This document shows, piece after piece, positions 17,846 to 27,280 of a stretch of 30,370 nt of DNA (its first letter is position 1; every line of letters starts with the position of its first letter). The DNA comes from a virus (lineage: Duplodnaviria; Caudoviricetes), in IMG/VR virus record IMGVR_UViG_3300038492_000247, positions 1 through 30,370 of that record; one strand, 5' to 3'. The position numbers were made by a program, and so were the translations under genes. The notes beneath the pieces were generated by a model. That model worked only from the letters and a program-made list of their open reading frames with translations, made no database searches and was not told the origin of the DNA.

Positions 17846-18225
17846 CCTGCCACCTCTTGTCTCTGTTTCGGACGACGCCGCTCAGCGTCTACCAAGGCAT
17901 TTTGCAACTCTTCCTGCCTCCGGACAAGGTGGGCGACGGTGTTTTCGGTGTTGCCGAAGATCTTCAGGATATCCCGGAGAGCCTGGGATTTGCCCTGAAG
18001 AACCCGAAGCATGGAGTCTGAAGCCATGCAGGCCACCATCTGCTGATCGTTGTGATCAATCAGATCCTCCACCGCCTTGACCATGTCCTGGAACCCGGAT
18101 GACTCCCGAAGAGCCATGATCCGATTGGCCAGGCCAAGGGCCCGCTCATTGCCCTCGATCGCATTCGTGATGCGGCGAAGCTCCTCGGCCTCCTGAGCCC
18201 TGACGTCCCAAAAGCTATCCGTCAT
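17842..18225 (-). CDS. Hypothetical helical protein of the portal-downstream type
   Basis: 127 aa, ATGA overlap with the portal stop; LRVLQGKSQALRDIL resembles portal-adjacent small proteins of podoviruses. Confidence 0.7.
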   Translation of the reverse strand: MTDSFWDVRAQEAEELRRITNAIEGNERALGLANRIMALRESSGFQDMVKAVEDLIDHNDQQMVACMASDSMLRVLQGKSQALRDILKIFGNTENTVAHLVRRQEELQNALVDAERRRPKQRQEVAG

Positions 18226-20612
18226 TGCGCACCAGCGTTAGGGGCGGCCTGCATTGCCGCACTTTGGACCTCCCGACCTTCACCCCTCTCCGTCTCATTG
18301 TTACGCACCTTGGGGCTCCCTGGATCCTGGTCTGGGCCGGCAGCCCCGGCCACGGGGCTGCCACCTCCACCCTGCATACCCTGCATTTCGGCCACCTGAG
18401 CCAGCTGCATCATCTGACCCTCCTGAATCTCCTGCAGCAGGGCAATCTTCCGGTAGTGCTCCGCGATGTGAGCCCGCGCCTTGGCCGCTGTGCCAGGATC
18501 AGCCTGTTCCAGCATCTTGAAGCGATCCGTCGAGATCTCCTCCATATGGTTGGCCACATGGCGCATATCGTTGTCGTCCGGTCGCCGAGGCGGAACGTTG
18601 CCATGGTACCAAAGCTCATGCTCCTCCATGGCCGTAAGCAAGCCCGACTCCTCCGGAGGAAGGGAGATGAACTCGTCGACATTCCGAATGTCGAAACCCT
18701 GCTCCAGGATCATGGCCAACAGCTTCGGCATCTTGACCGCCTGCGGGCCATACATCTGATTGATGATCGGAGCGCGATCCAGGATGTTGACCAACTGCTG
18801 AACCTGCGTCTGCTTCGTGGTCAACTTGTGGCTGGCCAGCGGCTGCGCGACGAATCGACCGATCAGATCTCCAGGGCTGATCTCTAGCCGATCGTGAAAC
18901 TGCATCCCCATCGAGCCCAACTCGCGAACGACCTTGTTGTAGCTCTGGAACTGCTGGTTGTTCCAAGTCATCTGATGAAGCATCGGCTTCACCACGTGCT
19001 CCTCGTAGTTCTGAATCATCGGCACGAGACGCATGTTCGCCTCGTCAATCTCTGACGTGTGCTGCGTTGCCGTCTTGCCTTTCCCGAACGGATCCGACGC
19101 GCCCATGGAGGGGGAGGTAGCGCCAGCCGTTTCGCGAATATCCTTCGTAAGGATGTTCTCCGCCTTCAGCGCAGCATCGCTAACCTGCGGCACGTGCAGA
19201 GGAGCCACCGAAGTCTGCACGTCAGGCACACGGAGAGTTAGTCCAGGTTGGAGCAGGAGCTGACCATCTGGAATGTTGGCCTCGTCAGAGATGAGCCACA
19301 TGGGATTTGCCTCAAGCTGCGTAGCAGCCATCAGCAAGTTCCGCTTCATGTCCTTCTCTAGCGAAAGGCGCGCAATCGGCTCTAGAGCGCCAATTCCGTA
19401 GAACTCGTCTTCGAGGTCTACGGGCCGCCACGCCTGGTATGGCTTCTTCTGGTGCCAGAACGGGTTCTCCGTCACGCGCGCGATGATCTGTGGCCCGTCC
19501 GGTTCCACCATCACCACGTTTACCTGCTTGGTAACGTAGCTGCCGTTGTTGTCCTGAATGACCAACGGTCCCCACCACTCCACCACCTGGTAGTGCGGGA
19601 TGTGCGGTGCATGTGATGCCTCGCGTGGATCAAACACACCGTACGCGTAGCTCTTCCGCTCCTTGAACTCGTCGCCAAAGCTAAGGTCGTTGGAGCCAGC
19701 GTGATCACGCAGTTGATCAAGATTGATCCAGTGGCCCATCTCACCGAACTGCTTGACCTTCCAGTCTGGCCAATGGCTTCGGTCTGCACACCACTCCGCA
19801 TCGTCCACCGAACTGGCATTCGGAGAAGTGAGGAAGTCGAAGATGGAAACGTTCTCGATATCGTTCCCATCGAACACCAACTCCCGCTTCTTGATCTCAG
19901 TCAGCTCGACCTTGCTACGACCAGGAAACTCCTCGTCCGGAACGCGCTTACCAGTGCGGTAGCGCATCTCCCCGTGTTCCTGTCGCCAGTAGCATTTCTG
20001 GATTGCAGTTCCGTAAATCAAGCCATCGCGCACGAACCGGCTAGCCTTCTGGAGGAAAGCGCAGTTGCGCAACTGGTCGCGACACAGAGCCTCTTGCGCG
20101 ATCGCATTGCCATCGTGTTCATGATGCTCGCCGTACAAGCGGAACCACCGCTCCGACCCGAACAACGTACGCATGATCTTCGGATGCAGAGTCTCGACAA
20201 CCTTGTATGGCTCGGGACTGTGCATACGAGCACGGCCGTACGCAAACTGATCTAGCGTCTCCCCGCGGTACAACCGATACTCAATCAACCACTTGTTGCG
20301 CAAGAACTCCATCACGTTGAAGACATCCTTCAGCGATGACAGAACCGCACGCTTGGCCTGCTCCACCACGAACTGATTGTTCGCCAAGTTTGGATAGCCA
20401 ACCGACTCCTCGTAGAGCCGCGCCATCTTGTCGGGATTGGTCTGATCCTCGAAGTTGTTCTCGACGAGGGTGTAGGGAGAAGAGATTGGCTTCCCGGCCT
20501 TCCGAGAATAGGACCCCATCCCCCGAGACTGCATCCCCTGCGTTCCGACTCGGGGGTCCGGTGGCGACCCACCACTCAAGGCGCCATTGCCAGGTGTTCC
20601 TCGATCAGCCAT
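18222..20612 (-). CDS. Portal protein (podovirus type)
   Basis: About 796 aa from ATG 20612 (GAGGTG SD). Motifs DGLIYGTAIQK, ENPFWHQKKPY, EFYGIG and KTATQ, with a Q-rich C-terminus; lies between terminase and scaffold. Confidence 0.9.
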   Translation of the reverse strand: MADRGTPGNGALSGGSPPDPRVGTQGMQSRGMGSYSRKAGKPISSPYTLVENNFEDQTNPDKMARLYEESVGYPNLANNQFVVEQAKRAVLSSLKDVFNVMEFLRNKWLIEYRLYRGETLDQFAYGRARMHSPEPYKVVETLHPKIMRTLFGSERWFRLYGEHHEHDGNAIAQEALCRDQLRNCAFLQKASRFVRDGLIYGTAIQKCYWRQEHGEMRYRTGKRVPDEEFPGRSKVELTEIKKRELVFDGNDIENVSIFDFLTSPNASSVDDAEWCADRSHWPDWKVKQFGEMGHWINLDQLRDHAGSNDLSFGDEFKERKSYAYGVFDPREASHAPHIPHYQVVEWWGPLVIQDNNGSYVTKQVNVVMVEPDGPQIIARVTENPFWHQKKPYQAWRPVDLEDEFYGIGALEPIARLSLEKDMKRNLLMAATQLEANPMWLISDEANIPDGQLLLQPGLTLRVPDVQTSVAPLHVPQVSDAALKAENILTKDIRETAGATSPSMGASDPFGKGKTATQHTSEIDEANMRLVPMIQNYEEHVVKPMLHQMTWNNQQFQSYNKVVRELGSMGMQFHDRLEISPGDLIGRFVAQPLASHKLTTKQTQVQQLVNILDRAPIINQMYGPQAVKMPKLLAMILEQGFDIRNVDEFISLPPEESGLLTAMEEHELWYHGNVPPRRPDDNDMRHVANHMEEISTDRFKMLEQADPGTAAKARAHIAEHYRKIALLQEIQEGQMMQLAQVAEMQGMQGGGGSPVAGAAGPDQDPGSPKVRNNETERGEGREVQSAAMQAAPNAGAQ

Positions 20613-21357
20613 CCCTGTCCACCTCAAACACTTCGGTTATCGGCCCATCCCATCCAGGGATCAGCCTGACCCGGCCAGGATACTGCTCCTCATACCACTT
20701 TAGCCAGACCATGGCCCGATCCACCTCGTAGAGAGGTGGCCGTTTCTCGACAGGGTTCTCTCGACCGAAGAAGTAGGTCGACCCATTCGCCAGCGTGAAG
20801 CCCAGCAGGTAGATGGGGTCACAACCCATCAAATGGGCAATCTGGATCTGGTAGCAAACCGAGTTACCACCTGGGTGAAGCCCCCCATCGAAGCCCTCGG
20901 AGAGGTAGGGGTCAGCCCAATGGTTCCGGTACACACCACCCACCGTCTTGCCGCCTTTCGGCCGATTCACCCGCACCTTGGTGATCGGCCAGCGGCGCTT
21001 TCCCACCATGCGGGCCTGCATGCTGCCGGCCGTGGAGTAAGGCCCACCACCGAACAGCATCTCCTCTCCTACGATGCAAAGGGATTCGGGGCATCGATCG
21101 AGGTGAGATCTTTCGGACTTCCAGACTTTTGAGTCAAAGACAGTCCATATGCTGGGGACCAGCGCTCGGAGGGTCCAATTGGATCCGAGAACGATTCGAT
21201 CCCTAGCTCGCTGCAATCCTGGGGACTCAACCAAACCTCCGGCTCCCCCAAGTAGGTAGGCAGGCTGTCCTTCACCGATCCCAGTAAGCCAACCCGGATC
21301 AGAACCTCGGCGGCCCTGTGTTGGTAACTGTGTCGCTCTAAAATCCGGGAGGAGCAT
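20605..21357 (-). CDS. DUF115/MptE-like (Maf / Cst-II sialyltransferase-like) transferase
   Basis: GEGQPAYLLGGAGGL..IVLGSN..PSIWTVFD and GNSVCYQIQIAHLMGCDPIYLLGF follow the DUF115 pattern; GAGGA SD upstream. Confidence 0.65.
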   Translation of the reverse strand: MLLPDFRATQLPTQGRRGSDPGWLTGIGEGQPAYLLGGAGGLVESPGLQRARDRIVLGSNWTLRALVPSIWTVFDSKVWKSERSHLDRCPESLCIVGEEMLFGGGPYSTAGSMQARMVGKRRWPITKVRVNRPKGGKTVGGVYRNHWADPYLSEGFDGGLHPGGNSVCYQIQIAHLMGCDPIYLLGFTLANGSTYFFGRENPVEKRPPLYEVDRAMVWLKWYEEQYPGRVRLIPGWDGPITEVFEVDRDG

Positions 21358-22424
21358 GCCTGACCAATCCTCTCTGCTTCACGTGGGGAATCTATGTAGT
21401 ACTGCACCAACTCAAGGAAGTGCCCTGGATCAGACGCCCGCGGCGCCATCGGGAACAGTCGAGCCAGCTCAGGCCTCGTGTCGTCACTCACAACCAGCGT
21501 TCCACAAGATGCCATCTCCAAGAACCTTGGATTGATGTGCGTCGCAGGGAGATTGCCGTCATTCCAAAAACCAGTCCCCTCGTGCTTCGGAAAGTGCTGG
21601 CAAGGCTCCAAGCCCTTGGGGAAGGGGTCGTGCCGGCTGCGCCCAAGCACTCGCTTCTTGAAGCAATCCTTGGTGATCGCAGGGTCCCTGTGCACGTTCA
21701 AGCCAACAGTGCAACCGCCATACAGAGTCGGATGCTGCTCCATACCAACCCACTTGGGATGACCCTTTCCCACCGTGCCGAAAAACCGAATGTCAGCACC
21801 CTCGACCAAATCCTGAACCGGGGCAAGCCACCTCTTGCGAGGGATTAGAGTTGCATTGCCAAGGAAGAATGCCGGTGTTCCACGAAGGAACTTACCCTTG
21901 GTATTCCAGTATGGCCGGTACTTGAAGTGCGCAACATCCGCGGCCGGAGGCAGGTAGAACACATTGGATCTCCTTTCCCGGCTACGCCTGTGCACTTCCA
22001 CCGTGCATGGATCCATCGTGAACACGAACTTGAACGACGGGGAGTACTTCGCCGTCTCTCCTACCTCATAGGGCTCATCGCACAGATAGACCGCAGTTCG
22101 AACCCCATGCCTGTGGAGATAGTTTAGGAAATCCTGGTTCGATGCGGCACGACCATGATGGGCCCAAACCAAGTCCGGCTTGAACTGCAGGATGTTACGG
22201 GCGAGATCCTTGCCAATCCCCCTCGGGGCAGTCGATCGATACGGACTTCTTGCACCGATGTTCGCCTTCCGGAGAACTCGGATGTCGAAGACTTTGACCT
22301 CGCAACCTATACCGTGAAACCCATTGACCCATCCTCCTCGGTAGTCGTCGGAGTAGATGAGGCCTGAGTCGTCGGCAATGGCGACTCGAACTGCGCCTTT
22401 CGTTTTGGTGATCTCGCGCGCCAA
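21069..22424 (-). CDS. GT-B glycosyltransferase, CgeB / Glyco_trans_1_2 type
   Basis: FKPDLVW, YLCDEPY, YLPPAAD, VGLNVHR, NPRFLEMASCGTLVVSD and HSYQHRAAEVL; TTG start. Confidence 0.85.
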   Translation of the reverse strand: MAREITKTKGAVRVAIADDSGLIYSDDYRGGWVNGFHGIGCEVKVFDIRVLRKANIGARSPYRSTAPRGIGKDLARNILQFKPDLVWAHHGRAASNQDFLNYLHRHGVRTAVYLCDEPYEVGETAKYSPSFKFVFTMDPCTVEVHRRSRERRSNVFYLPPAADVAHFKYRPYWNTKGKFLRGTPAFFLGNATLIPRKRWLAPVQDLVEGADIRFFGTVGKGHPKWVGMEQHPTLYGGCTVGLNVHRDPAITKDCFKKRVLGRSRHDPFPKGLEPCQHFPKHEGTGFWNDGNLPATHINPRFLEMASCGTLVVSDDTRPELARLFPMAPRASDPGHFLELVQYYIDSPREAERIGQACSSRILERHSYQHRAAEVLIRVGLLGSVKDSLPTYLGEPEVWLSPQDCSELGIESFSDPIGPSERWSPAYGLSLTQKSGSPKDLTSIDAPNPFAS

Positions 22425-23026
22425 GTTTCCTGCCTTTCAACATCCAAAACGCTGTACCGAACCGCAGGGGCATGCCAACTCGTCCCACCGTCCTCTAGCG
22501 ATCGCTTGCTCCAAAAATGAACTGGCTCCCCATCCTTGATGGGAACCCCAAGCCTGGTGAGTGCCTCCCGCTTCAACATGGCAAACCGAATGTCCTCTGG
22601 CAGTCGGTGCCTGTTTCTACGCACCGGGTTTGCCGATGTTGACTGCGTATTCGGCGCCGCATCGACAACGTAGGTTTGCGGATCTCGCTGGAACACCTTC
22701 CACATCTTGCCAAACCACCCCTCGTCATCGAGCCGAACCTCCGGAGGGATCAGGGCGACCAGTGGTGACAGGAGGTAGTCGAGCGATGCGGATATGCAAC
22801 CATTCAGGTACTGAGGCTGATGGTTCCTGATCACAGAAAACTCGTTCGGGAGCGCCCGTAGCAAGCCATCAATCCTCGACGCATCGCTCTTCGTACACCC
22901 GTCAAACACAACGACAAGCCTCGTCGGAATGTCCGTTTGCTCCGCTACATCCTGAATGCAGTCTTCAGCTGCCTCCAACAGGTGCGTCGGAATCGGAATG
23001 ATCACGTCTAGCATGCAGTGCTTCAT
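22307..23026 (-). CDS. Divergent GT2-like (GT-A) glycosyltransferase
   Basis: LDVIIPIP..CIQDVAEQT..RLVVVFDG..VIRN is a GT2 N-terminal pattern; the DxD position reads LIPPE. Confidence 0.65.
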   Translation of the reverse strand: MKHCMLDVIIPIPTHLLEAAEDCIQDVAEQTDIPTRLVVVFDGCTKSDASRIDGLLRALPNEFSVIRNHQPQYLNGCISASLDYLLSPLVALIPPEVRLDDEGWFGKMWKVFQRDPQTYVVDAAPNTQSTSANPVRRNRHRLPEDIRFAMLKREALTRLGVPIKDGEPVHFWSKRSLEDGGTSWHAPAVRYSVLDVERQETWRARSPKRKAQFESPLPTTQASSTPTTTEEDGSMGFTV

Positions 23027-23204
23027 CTTGTTGCTTGCCGCCCTCGATCGCTATGAACTTGCGCTGGCACCGCGCAGAGCAGAACGCGATGTAGCTCCGA
23101 TTCGCGCGCACTGCTGCGCGCACAGGTCCCGCAGGGACAATGATGTCATCAGAGCACCCATGACACGGAATCATCGTGCTCTCGTTCGACAGCTGAAGGC
23201 TCAT
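22965..23204 (-). CDS. Small treble-clef (TRASH-like) metal-binding protein
   Basis: CHGC...FCSARC ligand pattern. Confidence 0.6.
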   Translation of the reverse strand: MSLQLSNESTMIPCHGCSDDIIVPAGPVRAAVRANRSYIAFCSARCQRKFIAIEGGKQQDEALHARRDHSDSDAPVGGS

Positions 23205-23523
23205 CGTCTTTCTTCCTCACCTTCGCAACCTCCTCACGAGTTGGATTCCCTGCAGGTGCCTGCTTGACCTGTTCCAAGTTCGTTCGAGGTTCAAACCTAT
23301 ACTGATCCGCACCGGTCAACGGCAGTTCATTGCTGTGCACAGTGCTAGTGGAGAGTTGCGTAACGCCTAGATTCACTGCTCCACGCACAGACTCCACCAC
23401 CTGGTGAACCCAGTCCGTCTCACCATACTTGGCCTCTAGGATTCCCCTAACTGCCTCAGCGGATTCATCCGCCTCCGGAAGATGTCCTGGTTTGCGGATG
23501 ATCCTGTTTCGGCGTTTTGCCAT
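23149..23523 (-). CDS. Hypothetical protein
   Basis: 124 aa, ATG with GGAG SD, fills the gap after terL. Confidence 0.6.
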   Translation of the reverse strand: MAKRRNRIIRKPGHLPEADESAEAVRGILEAKYGETDWVHQVVESVRGAVNLGVTQLSTSTVHSNELPLTGADQYRFEPRTNLEQVKQAPAGNPTREEVAKVRKKDDEPSAVEREHDDSVSWVL

Positions 23524-25211
23524 AGGTCTCCACTCCCAACAGAGTGCTGATTTGCTTTCGTGAACTCTCGCGCGGGATAACCGCGATCAGGGTTGTACAT
23601 CCCATCGATCATGTTCGGCTTGCTGATCACCGCACCGGCCGAACGCCAGCCTGGCGGAGGGGCTGGGCAGAGGTAGTAGCTATCGTCCTTGTCCCGCTTA
23701 TCGATATCGCTGATGGCATCCGGAATGTCGTCGTGCTTGGAGTAGGGCCACTCCGTCATTTCCGCGATCAGCGGCCCCCACTTGCGACGGTTCTCACGCA
23801 CGCGCCTGGAGAAGTAGATGTTGCCAGCACGGAAGCGAGGCTCGACACCCTCGATACGCGTATCCTTCACCTCTTGCGTTCGACCCGGGATCGTGATGAT
23901 CTTCGGTCGCACAAACGTTCGCCTGCGAACTTCCTCGAACAACGACGTCAATAGCTCCTTGTGCGTGGTGTCCTCGATCACCACACCCTTGAGGTTGAGA
24001 CGCTGATGCGCGTTCCACAGATCGCAAACGATCTGAACCGAATCCGAGGGCTTCCATCGCCCTACGTAGAAGTCCTGTACGTAAGCTGTTCGATTGCAAT
24101 CCAACGATACGACCCATAGCGCTGTCCGATCTGCCCTCCCCTTGCGACGCTCCTCCGCGATGAACGCAAAGTCAGTGAAGATGTAGGTCCAAACACTGGT
24201 CGGGATATCGCTGTCCTCAATCACGCGGAAATACTCACGCTTGAAGATCTGATCATCCTCGGTCGTAGGCTGATTGAGGTAGAAACAAGCGAACAGCCGC
24301 GGTGGCATGAGCACCTTCTGCTGATCGATGAACGCACTGGTGATGCGTCCGGGAAAGAAGAGAGAGCCATCCGGGTTCTTCCACGCATGGATGCTGAACT
24401 CGAACATCTTCTTCATCTCCGGATCCTTGCGAATCCGGCAGTAGAGATCAGCAAAGTGATGGAGTGTGCCGATCATCAGCAACCGGCAACCAGGGTCTAG
24501 CTGTGCAAGGATTTCGCCAAACCAAAAGGCCATGTTCTCGATGGCCTCCGGAGTTCGGGTGTTCTCTTGCGAAACCACGTCGTCCATCACCACTAGGTCC
24601 CAGTGGGACCCAGTCCACACCTCACCCGCACCAGCCGACTGCAGCGTCGACTCCTTCTTGTGCTTGGTCGTGCGAAGTGCGCTAACGAAGGATCCGGATC
24701 CCTCTTTCCACTCCTTGCCGCGATGCACACCGAACCGTTCGCGGAACCATTGCGAGTCGATGATCTGCATCGCCTGCGCAACGAACTTGCGCGCCTGCTT
24801 GCCAGTCTCTGAGCACACGCAAATACGGATGTTTGGGTTGCGAGCGATCTCCCAACACACCAACCCCACATCGAACACCGCGCTCTTGAATGAACCGCGC
24901 GGCCACAATTGCATCTTGTAGGTGTAGATCACCCGACCGTCTGCCTCCGGATCGGGTCGACTGTTCCAGTTCAAAATCTCGTGCGCACCACGACCATGCG
25001 GCTCCTCCTGGGCATCGGGTGCAGCTCCGCAATCACGGACGAAGTCAAGAAAGCCTTCGATGGAGGTGTACCACTCCCGCTCCTGCTGGAGTCGGTATTC
25101 GCGCAGGTGCTCAGGCGAAATCTGGTCGAGAGCCGCAGTCTCGCCTAGATCACCTGATGCCACTTGAACCGAAGGTTCGGTCCCTTCTCGTTCTTCACCC
25201 ACCACTTCCAT
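23436..25211 (-). CDS. terL: Terminase large subunit
   Basis: Walker A PRGSFKS, Walker B LVVMDD, coupling motif IGT, nuclease motifs FTDFA, DRTA and HDDIPDA. Confidence 0.95.
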   Translation of the reverse strand: MEVVGEEREGTEPSVQVASGDLGETAALDQISPEHLREYRLQQEREWYTSIEGFLDFVRDCGAAPDAQEEPHGRGAHEILNWNSRPDPEADGRVIYTYKMQLWPRGSFKSAVFDVGLVCWEIARNPNIRICVCSETGKQARKFVAQAMQIIDSQWFRERFGVHRGKEWKEGSGSFVSALRTTKHKKESTLQSAGAGEVWTGSHWDLVVMDDVVSQENTRTPEAIENMAFWFGEILAQLDPGCRLLMIGTLHHFADLYCRIRKDPEMKKMFEFSIHAWKNPDGSLFFPGRITSAFIDQQKVLMPPRLFACFYLNQPTTEDDQIFKREYFRVIEDSDIPTSVWTYIFTDFAFIAEERRKGRADRTALWVVSLDCNRTAYVQDFYVGRWKPSDSVQIVCDLWNAHQRLNLKGVVIEDTTHKELLTSLFEEVRRRTFVRPKIITIPGRTQEVKDTRIEGVEPRFRAGNIYFSRRVRENRRKWGPLIAEMTEWPYSKHDDIPDAISDIDKRDKDDSYYLCPAPPPGWRSAGAVISKPNMIDGMYNPDRGYPAREFTKANQHSVGSGDLWQNAETGSSANQDIFRRRMNPLRQLGES

Positions 25212-25864
25212 CCTTTGCGCTTGGCTTGCTGCTGCTTGTTGATCCTCAATCTCTTGTTGTGAGCCACTGACCGATCGAGAGACATTACAGCAGCATCCTC
25301 AATCGTGGCAGTCCCATAGAAGTCAGCCCAGATGTCCTTTCGCAACTTGACCGGATAGTGGGCTTTGAGGACATCCAGCATCTGAACGTCGCTCCAGCCC
25401 TTCTTTCCCCGATACTCTTCGTCGTAACCACCTGCAGCGAAGAAGTCGTCCCGATGGATGAGGTAGGTGTTCGGGGACGTGGGGTTGATCTCTCCCTCTC
25501 GACCCCCATCCGCGTGGCGCAAGCAGTACTTGGTCACTAGGCCACGGCGATTCCGCTTTGCCTCCTTGATCAGCTTCCGGAGGTTAGGCTCGTCGAAGAC
25601 CATGTCCGGATCGATCATCACACACCACCCAGAGGCCCGATCCATGCCGAGGTTGCGAGCACCCATCTGGTTCCACTCGATGTCGTCGTCAATCCGGTAG
25701 ACCTCCCAGTTGATCATCTTCGGAACCGGGGGATCACCATGGTCATCGACAACAATGACCCTTACCTGGTCTCGCACCTCCTTGGCATGCTCGTAGAAGG
25801 ACTTGACCTGGAACTCCAGCATCCTCGGCTGACCATAGACAGCCATCACGATCGTTAGAGCCAT
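25145..25864 (-). CDS. GT-A glycosyltransferase (GT2 N-terminus plus Glyco_transf_7C-like region)
   Basis: LTIVMAVY, VIVVDD, ARNLG, DPD (DxD) and GGYDEEYRG..GWSD; start moved to ATG 25864 (GGAG SD). Confidence 0.88.
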   Translation of the reverse strand: MALTIVMAVYGQPRMLEFQVKSFYEHAKEVRDQVRVIVVDDHGDPPVPKMINWEVYRIDDDIEWNQMGARNLGMDRASGWCVMIDPDMVFDEPNLRKLIKEAKRNRRGLVTKYCLRHADGGREGEINPTSPNTYLIHRDDFFAAGGYDEEYRGKKGWSDVQMLDVLKAHYPVKLRKDIWADFYGTATIEDAAVMSLDRSVAHNKRLRINKQQQAKRKGWKWWVKNEKGPNLRFKWHQVI

Positions 25865-26382
25865 TTCTCCCAAAACCAGGACGCCTCCTTCGCCACTTGG
25901 TAGTACTGCTCACGGGTCAGTTCCCCCGGAGGGGACGAGTTGCAAGGAGTCATGTCGACGGTGTCGAGATCGAGATTGTCGATGCCGAGAGCGCGAGACG
26001 CACAACCAAGGTAGTCCTTGCTCTCCGTCATTCGACTGAACTCGATCTTCGTCACATTCGGAAGACGGAGCAGACGATCGAGGTGTTTGAGATCACTGCT
26101 CAGTCTTTTGAGCAACTCATCCCATCGATGCCTCGCCCGGTAGTACGACGACCGCATGATGGCGACCGGATCACGAACAATGACCCCAAGACGATCCACG
26201 CCATCAATATGGTCAGCCCTGTTTCGAAGGAATCCATTCACCTCTCCGTAGTTGCCGATGATCGGACCATTCTCGATCCGAAAAGACTCGTGCTGCACTT
26301 GCCACATCGGCGCACGATTCAACTCGCGGGCAAGCCACTTGCTTCCGGAGCGTCCGAGGTTGACTACCAGGAACGTGCTCAT
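25855..26382 (-). CDS. Sulfotransferase-family protein
   Basis: N-terminal FLVVNLGRSGSKWLARELN (5'-PSB loop), then HE and VIVRDP..S (3'-PB). Confidence 0.8.
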   Translation of the reverse strand: MSTFLVVNLGRSGSKWLARELNRAPMWQVQHESFRIENGPIIGNYGEVNGFLRNRADHIDGVDRLGVIVRDPVAIMRSSYYRARHRWDELLKRLSSDLKHLDRLLRLPNVTKIEFSRMTESKDYLGCASRALGIDNLDLDTVDMTPCNSSPPGELTREQYYQVAKEASWFWEKWL

Positions 26383-26588
26383 CGACCATCGATTCTCAGC
26401 TGAGAAAACATTGCATCCCAGGTCGTCACATCATCCCGGCCCGTAATTTTCCGGAACGTCTGCGCTTCTTGATAGGAGGCAAATATCCAGAGCCCAATCA
26501 GTAGGACGAGCACCCCACCTATCAACGTTCCAATCAATATCGACTCCTTACGATCTTGCTTCATGCCTAACCACTGATCAATGCTCAT
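26379..26588 (-). CDS. Small single-pass membrane protein
   Basis: ILIGTLIGGVLVLLIGLWIFA hydrophobic helix; ATGA overlaps at both ends when started at 26588. Confidence 0.7.
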   Translation of the reverse strand: MSIDQWLGMKQDRKESILIGTLIGGVLVLLIGLWIFASYQEAQTFRKITGRDDVTTWDAMFSQLRIDGR

Positions 26589-27280
26589 GTCGACCTCAGT
26601 GCGAAGGTGTGCACTCCTCGCCACTCCATGGCGACCTTGTAGTTGAACGGCTTCAACTGCTTGAGTGTCTCATCCAGCTGCGCCTTGCTGTGGCGTTCGA
26701 TCACAATCACTGGCCTATCACGCTCAATCGTCTTCAGGGCACCCTGCACCACCTGCTTCTCGACATCCTCCACATCGATCTTCAACAACACCACGTTCTT
26801 CGTGGTGATATCGTCCAGAGCAACGGTAAGGGACTCAGCCTCACCTTTCTCTCCTTGACGACCACCGCTGTTCACCACGTGAGTGTGTCCAGCGTTGTTG
26901 CGGGGGATCGGTGCGAATCGGACCCTAGCATTGCTCTCGAACCACGCCGCCGCCTCAGCGATCGCGACCTTTTCGATCTCGTCCTTCTTGAGGTTGCGTT
27001 TCAGGTTCCCCTTGAGAAGCTCTCGGATTCGGGGGTGCCCCTCAATCGATAGCACCTTGGTGCTCGGGCAGAACGCAGCGAAGAAGAGGGAGTGGTTGCC
27101 GATGTGCGCGCCAACATCGATGTAGGTACCCTTCAGCTTCTGACCGCGAATCCATTGCAGAATCACCTCCTCCTGGAATTTCCCCGTCTTCCGCGCACGC
27201 AACGCCGCGATCTCCGCGGGGAACACATAGTCGTTCTCGAAGCGACGGCCACCGAAGTTGATCACGTGCCTGGCAGGCAT
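26585..27280 (-). CDS. FkbM-family SAM-dependent methyltransferase
   Basis: IDVGAHIGNHSLF, IEGHP, LLKIDVE and RPVIVIE. Confidence 0.92.
   Translation of the reverse strand: MPARHVINFGGRRFENDYVFPAEIAALRARKTGKFQEEVILQWIRGQKLKGTYIDVGAHIGNHSLFFAAFCPSTKVLSIEGHPRIRELLKGNLKRNLKKDEIEKVAIAEAAAWFESNARVRFAPIPRNNAGHTHVVNSGGRQGEKGEAESLTVALDDITTKNVVLLKIDVEDVEKQVVQGALKTIERDRPVIVIERHSKAQLDETLKQLKPFNYKVAMEWRGVHTFALRST

Noticed and set aside
18222-25211. Inteins or introns in terminase or portal
   Set aside because: Both ORFs are continuous, with no C..HN splice junctions or homing-endonuclease motifs seen.
26379-26588. Holin
   Set aside because: It has a single transmembrane helix but no adjacent endolysin or spanin.
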